From Nitrosopumilus sp. (GTDB taxonomy: Archaea; Thermoproteota; Nitrososphaeria; Nitrososphaerales; Nitrosopumilaceae): 64,000 nt of DNA. The position numbers and the translations under genes were made by a program. This document shows positions 18,025 through 27,207 of the stretch, piece after piece. Position 1 is the first letter of the stretch, and each line of letters begins with the position of its first letter. The notes beneath the pieces are model-generated. The model saw only the letters and a list, made by a program, of their open reading frames with translations. It did no database searches and was not told the origin of the DNA. The stretch lies in contig OZ244732.1 in the NCBI GenBank assembly GCA_965219345.1, positions 1,807,225 to 1,871,224 of the forward strand. Direction: 5' to 3'.

Positions 18025-19356
18025 CTATGACGGGTCTGACACCCTTCCCATGAACAGGATGATGCCGCTCTCATCGTCCTGTATGATAAAGATGAATGGA
18101 TGGTCGGCGATAAATCTTGGTGGTGGGGGTGGCAGACTATCTTCCATAACCACTATGGTAGTCACAGCTGCGGCCTCTGTTCCCTCCTCGTTTACCTTTA
18201 CGTATGCGTCCTGAGATGCCTTGTCAACGTACAGATTTCTGTCCGGTTCCACCTTTGCTATGCCAGTCAGGTTGGCACCGCGTGGTTTAAAGGCGTCTTC
18301 CATACCCATGGCAATGAGTAACTCATTCAGTTTATAATTTACACGGGTCTCAAACTTTGGAACCGAGACTGTGACTTCCTGGTTTCTCAGGCCTGCCATC
18401 CATCGCTCTATCTGCCCTGCTGATAGAGTCTCTTCAAGCTGCCGTATCCCGTCTGCGTCGTGCGGCAGCAGGATCAGCATCGAGAGTCGGCCCCCGTCGT
18501 ACGGCATCCTGAGCACCTGGACACCATCCATGCTGGAATAGTCAAACATGTTATGCACGTTCATAAAGTCTGTGCTTGTACTCTCAGCACCGTTACCGTA
18601 AAAGTCAGATTTCTTTGTGTCCTCTGCAGGAAACTGCGTCAGCCACGTTCCCTTGAAGTATATGGCGCTGTTGATCACCATTGCGGTGTCCTTGTTGACA
18701 TCTTTTTTTATGATTACTTTGTCAATCTTGCCCTGAGTGTTCTCTGATGCCCATTTGTTTATCCTCTTTATGCCGTCATTCTTATCCAGAAAATCTACCT
18801 TTTCCGCACTTGCAAGGTATGTGTTGCGTATTATGTCAGTGTATGAGTCGTACGGGGCAAACCAGTCGGCAATCCAGATGGCATTTGCCAGGTTAAGCGT
18901 TGCATGCGGGTCGTCCTGATTGACAGATGCCATTATGTGCGCAGTTGCGTTGTGACGCAGGGCCTCGTTGGGATCAAATCCGAAGACCTGCTGAATCTGC
19001 CGTGCCGTATTTTCACGCGCTCCCTCGTACAGCATGGAGAATGCCATGTACATGCTTGTAGGTGAGAAGAAGATGTTGTTGTCGTTGTCTGATATCTGCC
19101 TGTAAAAGTCTACTGCAAAGTCGTTGTTGCCCGTGACAATGTCTTTGGGAATTGCAGCATGTTCTGTCATGTTGCCAGAATTTGTCTTGATGTCTGAAAC
19201 TGAAACAGCGGGGTCGTATAGAGTTGCCGCAGGCTCAGTCTGCGGGCTGTCAGTTGCAGAGTACGGCATGACCACCATGGACAAAGCTGCCAGCCCCAAC
19301 AGAACCAATGCTGCAACCACAATGGCTGGAATTGTCAGTTTATTGCTAAAATTCAA
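18025..19356 (-). CDS. serpin B, paralog of serpin A
   Basis: Same serpin motifs; extra 30-aa linker after the signal/anchor; RCL EEGTEAAAVTTIVVMEDSLPP. Confidence 0.93.
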   Translation of the reverse strand: MNFSNKLTIPAIVVAALVLLGLAALSMVVMPYSATDSPQTEPAATLYDPAVSVSDIKTNSGNMTEHAAIPKDIVTGNNDFAVDFYRQISDNDNNIFFSPTSMYMAFSMLYEGARENTARQIQQVFGFDPNEALRHNATAHIMASVNQDDPHATLNLANAIWIADWFAPYDSYTDIIRNTYLASAEKVDFLDKNDGIKRINKWASENTQGKIDKVIIKKDVNKDTAMVINSAIYFKGTWLTQFPAEDTKKSDFYGNGAESTSTDFMNVHNMFDYSSMDGVQVLRMPYDGGRLSMLILLPHDADGIRQLEETLSAGQIERWMAGLRNQEVTVSVPKFETRVNYKLNELLIAMGMEDAFKPRGANLTGIAKVEPDRNLYVDKASQDAYVKVNEEGTEAAAVTTIVVMEDSLPPPPPRFIADHPFIFIIQDDESGIILFMGRVSDPS

Positions 19357-19418
19357 TAATCTACGATTACATAGCCGGATAAAAGAATAGCGATCAAAAT
19401 GAGTGTTCAATTTTAGGA

Positions 19419-19575
19419 GGATCTGGCAAATTCTGGTGATCTGAGTGAAATATGGATCTTCTCTGAATTGCACTTTGCAGTTTTGTGCCAAGTTTATGTG
19501 ATGGCTCAAAGGGAGTTATCACAGCAGGCCCTGCTGTTAAATTCTGGTGATCTCGCCCAATCTTCTGCCAAATCC
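19419..19575. mobile_element. MITE-like element 3
   Basis: Inverted copy of ~16100-16209 followed by a degenerate second end (..TCTTCTGCCAAATCC). Confidence 0.55.
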
Positions 19576-19604
19576 CAATCCCGTTAGACAGTTGCACAGT
19601 CAGG

Positions 19605-19837
19605 GGTTCCGGTAAAAAATGGTGATCAGGACCGCCAGAATTTAACAGCAGGGTTGTGATGGATATTTCGAGAAAGTTACAGGTACTGGTTATCCCAGGA
19701 TTTCAAAGAGCGGTTCGGGGAAGAACCATGTCTGATGATTTATTTTCTGAACGTTGGTATGATGCGGTTGCAGTAAACTTTGGAGAAGAACCATGTCTGA
19801 TGATTTATGGTATAAATCACCAGAATTTGCCGGAACC
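19605..19837. mobile_element. MITE-like element 4
   Basis: Ends GGTTCCGGTAAA ... TTTGCCGGAACC; body matches element 2. Confidence 0.65.
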
Positions 19838-19858
19838 GTATTTATGAATAAGAAATAA

Positions 19859-20394
19859 TTGCCTTCATTATTGAATGACAAGCAGATCAGTTTAGAAATT
19901 CTACTTGATTGTCATAAGGCATCAAGAAATCAAACAACGGTTCCACGCCAAAAAGAGAATGAAAAATTAAAAGACATGGATCAGAAAGATTATCATTTTA
20001 ACTGTATGTGCCTAAAGGAGCATGATTTATTGCATGGCACTATTACCGCACACGGCCTGGTACCATTTGTGCAATTAGTGGAACAACCGGAACTGGAATG
20101 GATATTGTAGAGTCCTTTATTGATGAGTGCATAGAAAAAACCAAAGATAAGATTACTGGCAAAGCTGTTCATATTCAGATAAGATTCCCGACTTGCCAAT
20201 ATCCGGACTTCAAACTGAGTTGTGTCAACAAGTTGGGAATTACTATCGTCTCTAATTTCATAAAATGCCTATCTCCATACGTGACACCGGACCCCGAATG
20301 TAACGGCACTGAAAACCCCAAGATGTACAGCGCAACACTAACCCCAAATGTCCCGGGTTTAGGACGCAAAAACGACATCACATGCCATACTTGA
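19859..20394 (+). pseudogene. probable frameshifted wHTH-like gene
   Basis: Two overlapping + ORFs that join near 20070 (..HGTITAHG / ..ISGTTGTGMDIVE). Confidence 0.35.
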
Positions 20395-20614
20395 ATGGCC
20401 TGGCCAGCCTGTACCGGCCGTCATTGGACCTTACAAAGTAGACTGGCTTTTTCTGCGGATTGCCCCTTCGGTATCTGGAAGGATACCTTGATGCGGCACT
20501 TGCAGAAATGCGGCACGCCTTTACCAGGTCATTTGGATAAAACGGCTCTTTTAGCTTCCTTGATTTTACCGCCCTGACTATCTTGGCATATGTTGGGTGT
20601 GGGTTTTTTCTCAT
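20378..20614 (-). CDS. small basic putative DNA-binding protein
   Basis: 78 aa, K/R rich, wHTH-like end (FVRSNDGRYRL). Confidence 0.5.
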   Translation of the reverse strand: MRKNPHPTYAKIVRAVKSRKLKEPFYPNDLVKACRISASAASRYPSRYRRGNPQKKPVYFVRSNDGRYRLARPFKYGM

Positions 20615-20797
20615 GTCAAAGAATGGGTTTCTGCCTGTTTTTTAGTTTTTGTTTTAGTGTTTTGTTAACTCATCAGTCTCATCAAAAGTACTGACAGTTA
20701 ACATGGAGAAGATACGCCCACAAAGTTACCAGTCCCAAATGATCAACAGACTTATAAGTAATGAATTAGAAAATGTTAAATATTATCATAAAAGGTT

Positions 20798-21721
20798 TTG
20801 GTGAATATAAGAATGGTTAAGACAGTAAATGTGAAGGATAAATGCCCTAGATGTGGACAGGGTTCTTTAGTTACGGATGCCAATACTGGTGAAAATTTTT
20901 GTGGAAAATGTGGATTTGTAATTACAGATAAAGTAGAAGAGTCTGGTCCTGAGTGGAGATCATTTTCAAATGAGGGTGAAAACAAAAGCAGAGCAGGAGT
21001 TCCAACTTCACTTGCAATGCATGATATGGGATTAGCAACTGTCATCAATCCTCAAAATAGAGACGCAACTGGAAAACCACTTACTGCTTCTATGAAGAGT
21101 ACTATTGAGAGATTAAGAACATGGGATAGCAGAAGCCAAGTTCACGAACCTGTAGATAGAAACTTTAGACAAGCATTTAGTGAATTGGATAGATTAAAAG
21201 ATAAGCTTGCAGTAGGGGACGCAGTTATTGAAAAAGCAGCTTATATTTATAGAAAAGCACTTGAAAAGGGACTTGTCAGAGGACGTTCTATTTCAGCATT
21301 GATTGCATCAGCACTATATGCAGCATGTAGAGATACAGAAACTCCTAGAACGTTAAAAGATATCGGACAGGCAAGTAATATTAAAAGAAAAGACATTGCT
21401 AGATGTTATCGTCTGTTATTAAGAGAATTGAATTTGAAAATGCCAGTGGTTGATCCAGTAAAATGTATTTCACGAATTGCAAGTAAAGCTGGATTATCTG
21501 AAAAAACTAAAAGAAAAGCAACAAAAATTTTGCAGACGGCTGAAGAACTCAAAATTTCTGCAGGAAAAGATCCAATGGGATTAGCAGCTGCTGCACTTTA
21601 TGTTGCATGTGTAACAAATGGTGAAAATAAAACACAGCGAGATGTGGCTGAAGCAGCAGGAGTAACTGAGGTTACAATCAGAAATAGATACAAAGGCTTG
21701 AAAGTAGCCTTAGATCTCTAA
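20798..21721 (+). CDS. tfb: transcription initiation factor IIB
   Basis: Zn ribbon CPRC..CGKCG, GPEWRSF, cyclin repeats, GVTEVTIRNRY. Confidence 0.97.
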   Translation: MVNIRMVKTVNVKDKCPRCGQGSLVTDANTGENFCGKCGFVITDKVEESGPEWRSFSNEGENKSRAGVPTSLAMHDMGLATVINPQNRDATGKPLTASMKSTIERLRTWDSRSQVHEPVDRNFRQAFSELDRLKDKLAVGDAVIEKAAYIYRKALEKGLVRGRSISALIASALYAACRDTETPRTLKDIGQASNIKRKDIARCYRLLLRELNLKMPVVDPVKCISRIASKAGLSEKTKRKATKILQTAEELKISAGKDPMGLAAAALYVACVTNGENKTQRDVAEAAGVTEVTIRNRYKGLKVALDL

Positions 21722-22699
21722 ATCAGATACTTTTTTAGAATAAAATCTACTAACTAACAATATACAAATTGACAGAGAACCGGTAACCAAGAACAATAGT
21801 TCTAATGATGACATTAATGAATGAGAAAATGCATCCTCAATTGAAATTAAATTTAACTGAGAAATAAAACTTGCATATGAAAATATGAAATAATTTGTAG
21901 CCCAATGAATCAAAAGAGAAGCTACAAAACCATATCTGAGATATACCCATCCTAAAATAATTCCACTTGCTGCAGCTTGAACAAATTTACCTTCACTCCA
22001 AGGCTCACCTAAAGCAATATGTGCAAATCCAAAAACAACCCCAACAAAAACAATCAAGAAAATTGCTTTTTTAGAATTATGAATATCTAAAGAACCTGGA
22101 TTCCATAAACATTTGATAAAATATGTTATGGAAGATTTGTGAGAATAAAAAACAAATAATGGAACCCCAATTAAGATTAAACGGAATCCAAATTCTTCTA
22201 TCAATGGAGCAAGACTTACATAAAAAAATTGGATAAGATCATTATCAGCAATTGGAGGAATAGTCACAATATCAAATTGCTCTTGAATGAAATTAATTAA
22301 TATAGAAATTAAAACCAAAATAGAAAACCACTTTATTATACTAATCAGATAGTTTGAATTAGTGCCATATTTTCCAAAAGATATTATCGATGAAAGGGAT
22401 TTCAAAAATCCATGTTTTGGTCCCAATATTGCAATTACAAAGATTATAAGATAAAAAGTCCACAAAATAACAAACACATCACCAATGCTTACATCAATTG
22501 GAGCTTGATACATTCCCGTTCCAATAAAAAGTTCTAAATGAGTAAGAGGGTACTCATAATTAATGTCACCTCCAATTTCACTTTCAAAAACAACAAAAAT
22601 TCCAATTGGAAATGAAACAAGAAGCAAACCAAAAATTACAGATAACAATGCTGTGAAAGGAACTCCAAGAGCTTGAGGAATTTTATTTGAATTTTGCAA
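21710..22699 (-). CDS. CPBP (CAAX/Abi) intramembrane metalloprotease
   Basis: APLIEEFGFR, FGFAH, LIHWATN. Confidence 0.88.
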   Translation of the reverse strand: MQNSNKIPQALGVPFTALLSVIFGLLLVSFPIGIFVVFESEIGGDINYEYPLTHLELFIGTGMYQAPIDVSIGDVFVILWTFYLIIFVIAILGPKHGFLKSLSSIISFGKYGTNSNYLISIIKWFSILVLISILINFIQEQFDIVTIPPIADNDLIQFFYVSLAPLIEEFGFRLILIGVPLFVFYSHKSSITYFIKCLWNPGSLDIHNSKKAIFLIVFVGVVFGFAHIALGEPWSEGKFVQAAASGIILGWVYLRYGFVASLLIHWATNYFIFSYASFISQLNLISIEDAFSHSLMSSLELLFLVTGSLSICILLVSRFYSKKVSDLEI

Positions 22700-22705
22700 T
22701 TTGTT

Positions 22706-23014
22706 CTAATGTAGTTCTATACTATCTTCAGAAAATCCTAATCCAACCAAAGTATCTTTGATAGTATCTCTATGATCACCTTGTAAGAAAATATATCCTT
22801 CTTTTGCAGTTCCGCCACAAGCATATTTATTTTTGAGATCTCTAGCAACGGATTCCAAATTATTTAGTTTCGGATCTAACCCTTCTATCATAGTACCCTT
22901 TTTTCTAAATCGTCTGGTTTCTAATCGAATTATAATTTTTGTACTATCTTTGGCAAGCTCACCACAAGCACACAAGTCATCTGGAAGACCACATGTATTA
23001 CAAATTACTGCCAT
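22706..23014 (-). CDS. sui1: translation initiation factor SUI1/aIF1
   Basis: LKNKYACGGT, LQGDHR. Confidence 0.93.
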   Translation of the reverse strand: MAVICNTCGLPDDLCACGELAKDSTKIIIRLETRRFRKKGTMIEGLDPKLNNLESVARDLKNKYACGGTAKEGYIFLQGDHRDTIKDTLVGLGFSEDSIELH

Positions 23015-23118
23015 TCGTTCGAAATCAATTCAATTCTACGCACTATTAAGCCTTGTTTGGATGGTAGTTAGAAATTGAAAATAATCAAATTTTTTAGATA
23101 GAAAATTAAAGAAAGAAA

Positions 23119-23451
23119 GTGTCAAAAGACCTCACAAAAAAAGCTGCTGAGATGTTGCTAAAAGGTGCAACATTACTTAGTGAACATTGCCCATATTGTA
23201 AGGGGGTGAGAGTCATGAAAGATGGACATGCATTATGTGTCAGTTGTGGGCGTGAACCTGAAAAAAAAGAGATTCTGAAAGAAAAACCCATACAAAGCAC
23301 AAGATCACATTTGGAAGAAACTCTGGAAAAAAAGCTTGAATCCATATCAAAAGACCTTGAACAAGAAAATAACCATGAAAAACAACAAGAGATTCTAAAA
23401 TCGATCAATCTGTTATTGGAAACCATTGCAAAAATAAAGAATAGACAATAA
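23119..23451 (+). CDS. UPF0148/SSSCA1-like zinc-ribbon protein
   Basis: MLLKGATLLSEHCPYC...CVSC. Confidence 0.85.
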   Translation: MSKDLTKKAAEMLLKGATLLSEHCPYCKGVRVMKDGHALCVSCGREPEKKEILKEKPIQSTRSHLEETLEKKLESISKDLEQENNHEKQQEILKSINLLLETIAKIKNRQ

Positions 23452-23486
23452 GGTTTTTATGTTAAAATTTGGATTTCTGAATTGTT

Positions 23487-23651
23487 ATGAGCAGTAAGAA
23501 GGCAGCACCACTTCCAGCATCAAGTGGTGGCCTCATGAGATTCTTTGAGGATGAAACAAAGGGATTCAGAATAGATCCAAAAATTGTAGTATCAATTCCT
23601 ATCAGTTTAATTGTAGTTTCATGGTTGATTGATATATTTCTAGCCCCGTGA
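23487..23651 (+). CDS. secG: preprotein translocase subunit Sec61beta (not in ORF track)
   Basis: Manual translation MSSKKAAPLPASSGGLMRFFEDETKGFRIDPKIVV + TM. Confidence 0.88.
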   Translation: MSSKKAAPLPASSGGLMRFFEDETKGFRIDPKIVVSIPISLIVVSWLIDIFLAP

Positions 23652-23658
23652 AAAGATA

Positions 23659-25398
23659 ATGGAAGAAACTCCAGATGATGTTTCAAATATACACAATAGG
23701 TTTTCTCTTACTCTGATTAATCCATCCTCACATTATTTTTCCTTAGTTGCCTCATTAATTGTTGCGGCAGTGATTACAGTTATAACGTATTTGTGGTATC
23801 TTAGTTCTGAAGATTTCTGGTTTAGAATTCCTCTTGTGATAATGGTTTTAGCAATCACACAATTATTAGACACTAGATTTACAAAAAAGAAAGAATATTC
23901 TAAAGCGCTTCATGTGTCACTTTTTGCAAACTTGTTATGGGTAGCAACTCTGCTTATGGGATTATTAGCAAGTTTTGTCTTATCAAAAGAAGTATCATTA
24001 TTTTTTGTAACATTTGGAATATTTTTGTTCGCAAGTATAAGAATCGGTATTTTTACAACTACTCTAGGACTTAGCATCAAAAAGGCTTGGGCAATTTGTT
24101 TTGTACAGCCACTTGCAATGTTTCTAATATTAATTCCACAAGATATGTGGATTCCAATGCTTACAAACCCAATGTCATTAGGATATGGAACAGCATTTTT
24201 GATCATTGCTAGTGTTTGGTCTGCATTAACAGATAAAGCTGGAAAACCAGGAATGAAAAGTACACATAAAACAATTCAAGCATATTTGGCTTCACAAAAA
24301 AATGACTTTACTGATGCAGAGGAGTTAATGGAGCAAAGATCAAGTAAGACAAAAGTGTCAACATCTCAAATCAGACTGATATCATCTAATGGAAATACAG
24401 AATTTAGAATGGTTTTGCCAGAAATCCATCCGGGACCATATCACCCAGTAGGAGGCAGCAACATACCTTATCTCATTTACAAAAATTTCAATTCATCAGC
24501 AATGGTATTACATAGTATCTCAGACCATGCACTAAACCTACCCTCAAAAAATGAAGTTGAGAATTATCTAAAAAATCTAGAAAATAGTCAAATCCAAGAA
24601 GAGGGACTTGTTTGTACAGAACCCGTAATAGTTCAAATAAACAAAGCTAGGGTAACGGGGTTACTATTTGGAAAAAATCCAGTATTATTTTTATCATTAT
24701 CACCACATGGAATGGAAGACATCCCAAGTTACATGAAAACAGAAATTGAACAGTATGCAAAAAATCGAGGTTACATAAGGACAATGATTATCGATAGTCA
24801 CAATGCAATGGGTTCTGAAATTTCAAAAGAAGACGGGGAAGACATGCTAAAAGCAACAAAGTCTTGTTTAGATTCACTAATAACAAAAGAAAATTATCCG
24901 ATTGAATTCGGGTATGCAAATTCTGATAACATGGATGTTTGGACTGAAGATTTAGGAATGGGAGGTCTTGGAATAATATGTCTAAAAATAAATAATAAAA
25001 AATACTTCATAGGTTGGGCCGATGCTAATAATATGGAAAATGGGGTAAGAGAAAAGATTGTAGAAAATTTTGCCAAAACAAACTATAATCTTTTAGAGAT
25101 TTGTACATCTGATACCCATTATGCCCCAGTCAAAGCTAGAAACAGGAATGGGTATTATCAATTAGGTTTGATTACAGGTTCTGAAAAATTATCAAAATGG
25201 TTTTTGGGCATTGCCAAAAATGCTGAGCAAAAAACAACATCTGCAAAGTATGAAATTTTGGAAAACCAAACAGATGTAAAAATCATGGGGCAGGGAATAT
25301 TTGAGGACTATTCGAGAGCACTTGACAACTCTTTGAAAATATCAAAAGTATTCATGATTGGTAGTGTCTGTCTTTTCATAACTAGTTTGTTTGTATAG
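23659..25398 (+). CDS. DUF2070 family membrane protein
   Basis: N-terminal TMs, IHPGP, DSHN, DANNM, TSDTH. Confidence 0.85.
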   Translation: MEETPDDVSNIHNRFSLTLINPSSHYFSLVASLIVAAVITVITYLWYLSSEDFWFRIPLVIMVLAITQLLDTRFTKKKEYSKALHVSLFANLLWVATLLMGLLASFVLSKEVSLFFVTFGIFLFASIRIGIFTTTLGLSIKKAWAICFVQPLAMFLILIPQDMWIPMLTNPMSLGYGTAFLIIASVWSALTDKAGKPGMKSTHKTIQAYLASQKNDFTDAEELMEQRSSKTKVSTSQIRLISSNGNTEFRMVLPEIHPGPYHPVGGSNIPYLIYKNFNSSAMVLHSISDHALNLPSKNEVENYLKNLENSQIQEEGLVCTEPVIVQINKARVTGLLFGKNPVLFLSLSPHGMEDIPSYMKTEIEQYAKNRGYIRTMIIDSHNAMGSEISKEDGEDMLKATKSCLDSLITKENYPIEFGYANSDNMDVWTEDLGMGGLGIICLKINNKKYFIGWADANNMENGVREKIVENFAKTNYNLLEICTSDTHYAPVKARNRNGYYQLGLITGSEKLSKWFLGIAKNAEQKTTSAKYEILENQTDVKIMGQGIFEDYSRALDNSLKISKVFMIGSVCLFITSLFV

Positions 25399-25401
25399 TC
25401 T
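25375..25401 (+). repeat. 27-bp direct repeat, left of sulfotransferase cassette
   Basis: TTCATAACTAGTTTGTTTGTATAGTCT, identical at 26466-26492. Confidence 0.9.
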
Positions 25402-25522
25402 AAAATTTTTGAATATATTTGCCATTTTTATCTCTTTTTTGTGGTACTAATTAGATTAAAAGAACCTAAAATTTGTTCCGTTTTTTTATCTATAAAATCA
25501 ATATCTTCCTGAGTAAGATAAT

Positions 25523-26272
25523 CTACATACCCCCGGCCTTTCCCTTTCTGGTCTTGAATGAATTACTATCATTTACATCAACTGGTTTTAAGAGATCTGT
25601 TTTGAACTCATTACTCTTTTCCATTCTGTGCATGTTATCAAAACTGGAAAATTCAATTGCTTGTGATATTTTTATTTCATCAAGACCTATACCTAAGAAG
25701 CAAAGAAGTTTTTCAAACTCTTTATGCTGATTTTTATGAAAATCATTGTAATTCAAAAGGTAAAAGTCATCAAAATTTTGCTTTTCATCAAACCAATATT
25801 TGTAAAAGTGAAGAAATGTTTCTAGCCCACCAATATCACTATGGATGTATTCAGAAATGGAGCCCTTAAAATTTGGATGACCACCTTGACTCGCCCTTTT
25901 TGTTTTCTGGAAATATGCAGAAACCATAGTATCTTTTGGATCACGAAAAAGTAAAACTATTTTTTTTCCGTAAAACCTTTTCTTCTCTTTTGAAAGATCT
26001 TGAACTGTACACCATATAGGCTTGATAAAATCATGGGTGAAAATTATTTTTGGAGCGTTAGGATGTAAGGTTAGAAAATTGAAGTTAGTTGGATCTAATA
26101 GTAAATTATAATACAGTTGGCAATATCTCATTAGCAGAACTCTAAACCAAGTCCTACCTGTCTTTGCAAATGACGTGAAAATAACATCACTTTGTTTCAA
26201 TGCAAGATTATCAAGATAGTATTTTCCGCTTTCAGTCTTTTTCAGAATTTTTTTAATGAATGACTTGCTCAA
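25523..26272 (-). CDS. PAPS-dependent sulfotransferase, C-terminus apparently frameshifted
   Basis: SFAKTGRTW (5'PSB), RDPKDTMVS (3'PB), SSFDNM, RKGKAGG. Confidence 0.85.
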   Translation of the reverse strand: MSKSFIKKILKKTESGKYYLDNLALKQSDVIFTSFAKTGRTWFRVLLMRYCQLYYNLLLDPTNFNFLTLHPNAPKIIFTHDFIKPIWCTVQDLSKEKKRFYGKKIVLLFRDPKDTMVSAYFQKTKRASQGGHPNFKGSISEYIHSDIGGLETFLHFYKYWFDEKQNFDDFYLLNYNDFHKNQHKEFEKLLCFLGIGLDEIKISQAIEFSSFDNMHRMEKSNEFKTDLLKPVDVNDSNSFKTRKGKAGGM

Positions 26273-26465
26273 TATTTCTCACCTTTTGCTGTCTATTCAT
26301 CAAAAATTCTTTTTTAATCATCTTTAATACAATTCCTGAGACTTACCATTATACAAATGCTTTATTCACGTCCCTATTTAGAAAAATAAAACTACATTTT
26401 TCTTTCAAGTTTTTCTAAATTTACATTGGGCTTTTACACCACTTAATGCTTGCTTTAATCCCATC

Positions 26466-26492
26466 TTCATAACTAGTTTGTTTGTATAGTCT
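26466..26492 (+). repeat. 27-bp direct repeat, right of sulfotransferase cassette
   Basis: Identical to 25375-25401. Confidence 0.9.
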
Positions 26493-27126
26493 TCATCTGA
26501 TCAATGTTCCCATAAAATTCATCAATAAATGAAGAAAATTGGAAAATAGGAACTATGGGTACGCTTTGAATAAAATCTACTTTATCTTGATATAGTGTAA
26601 CAATTACAGGTACAGCGATTGCCCCCCGAGTTTTTTCAACGTAGTGTTTTGTTCTTTCAATCTGTTTTTTGACAACAGTTGTTAATGATGAAACGCTGTA
26701 ACGCTTCCAATGCTTACAATCAATTAAAATTGCAATACCCAATCGAATACCAATAATATCAATTTCCATTCTAGGTTTGGTCAAAATCATGTTCTTGATT
26801 ACTGCAAAATCTTTTGAAGCCAAAATTGCTGCAGTCAAACCTTCAAAATCTTTCCAATCTAATGCAACCGAAATTTCATCGATAGGAAATCCGTTTTCAA
26901 GTAATGCAGCAGCAATTTTTAATTTATCACCATCTTCAAAATAATATGAATTATCTTGTTTTGTTCCAATATTGTTTTTTGTGAATTCATCTAAAATTAT
27001 TTCAGAGTCTATAACATTCAGTTTTGTAACAGCAGAAAAATCTTCAACTGAAATTCCGCCTGAAATAATTCCTTGTAACCCAATAATCATTTTAGGATGA
27101 ATTTTCAACTCCATATTTTGATTCAT
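26473..27126 (-). CDS. Mrr-like PD-(D/E)XK endonuclease-domain protein
   Basis: LDWKDFE, EIDIIG...IDCKHW. Confidence 0.75.
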   Translation of the reverse strand: MNQNMELKIHPKMIIGLQGIISGGISVEDFSAVTKLNVIDSEIILDEFTKNNIGTKQDNSYYFEDGDKLKIAAALLENGFPIDEISVALDWKDFEGLTAAILASKDFAVIKNMILTKPRMEIDIIGIRLGIAILIDCKHWKRYSVSSLTTVVKKQIERTKHYVEKTRGAIAVPVIVTLYQDKVDFIQSVPIVPIFQFSSFIDEFYGNIDQMKTIQTN

Positions 27127-27207
27127 ACGGGCGATATAGGTTTTATGAGCTAATAACTTCAGAGTGTTATGATATAGATTTTATTACAAGCATTTTAAAT
27201 TAGGATT

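Noticed and set aside
17623-19808. Calling a bona fide CRISPR array
   Set aside because: Only two repeats per locus, embedded in MITEs, with no leader or cas genes; kept as a speculative finding only.
23462-23686. 74-aa minus-strand ORF
   Set aside because: It is the antisense shadow of the Sec61beta gene on the + strand.
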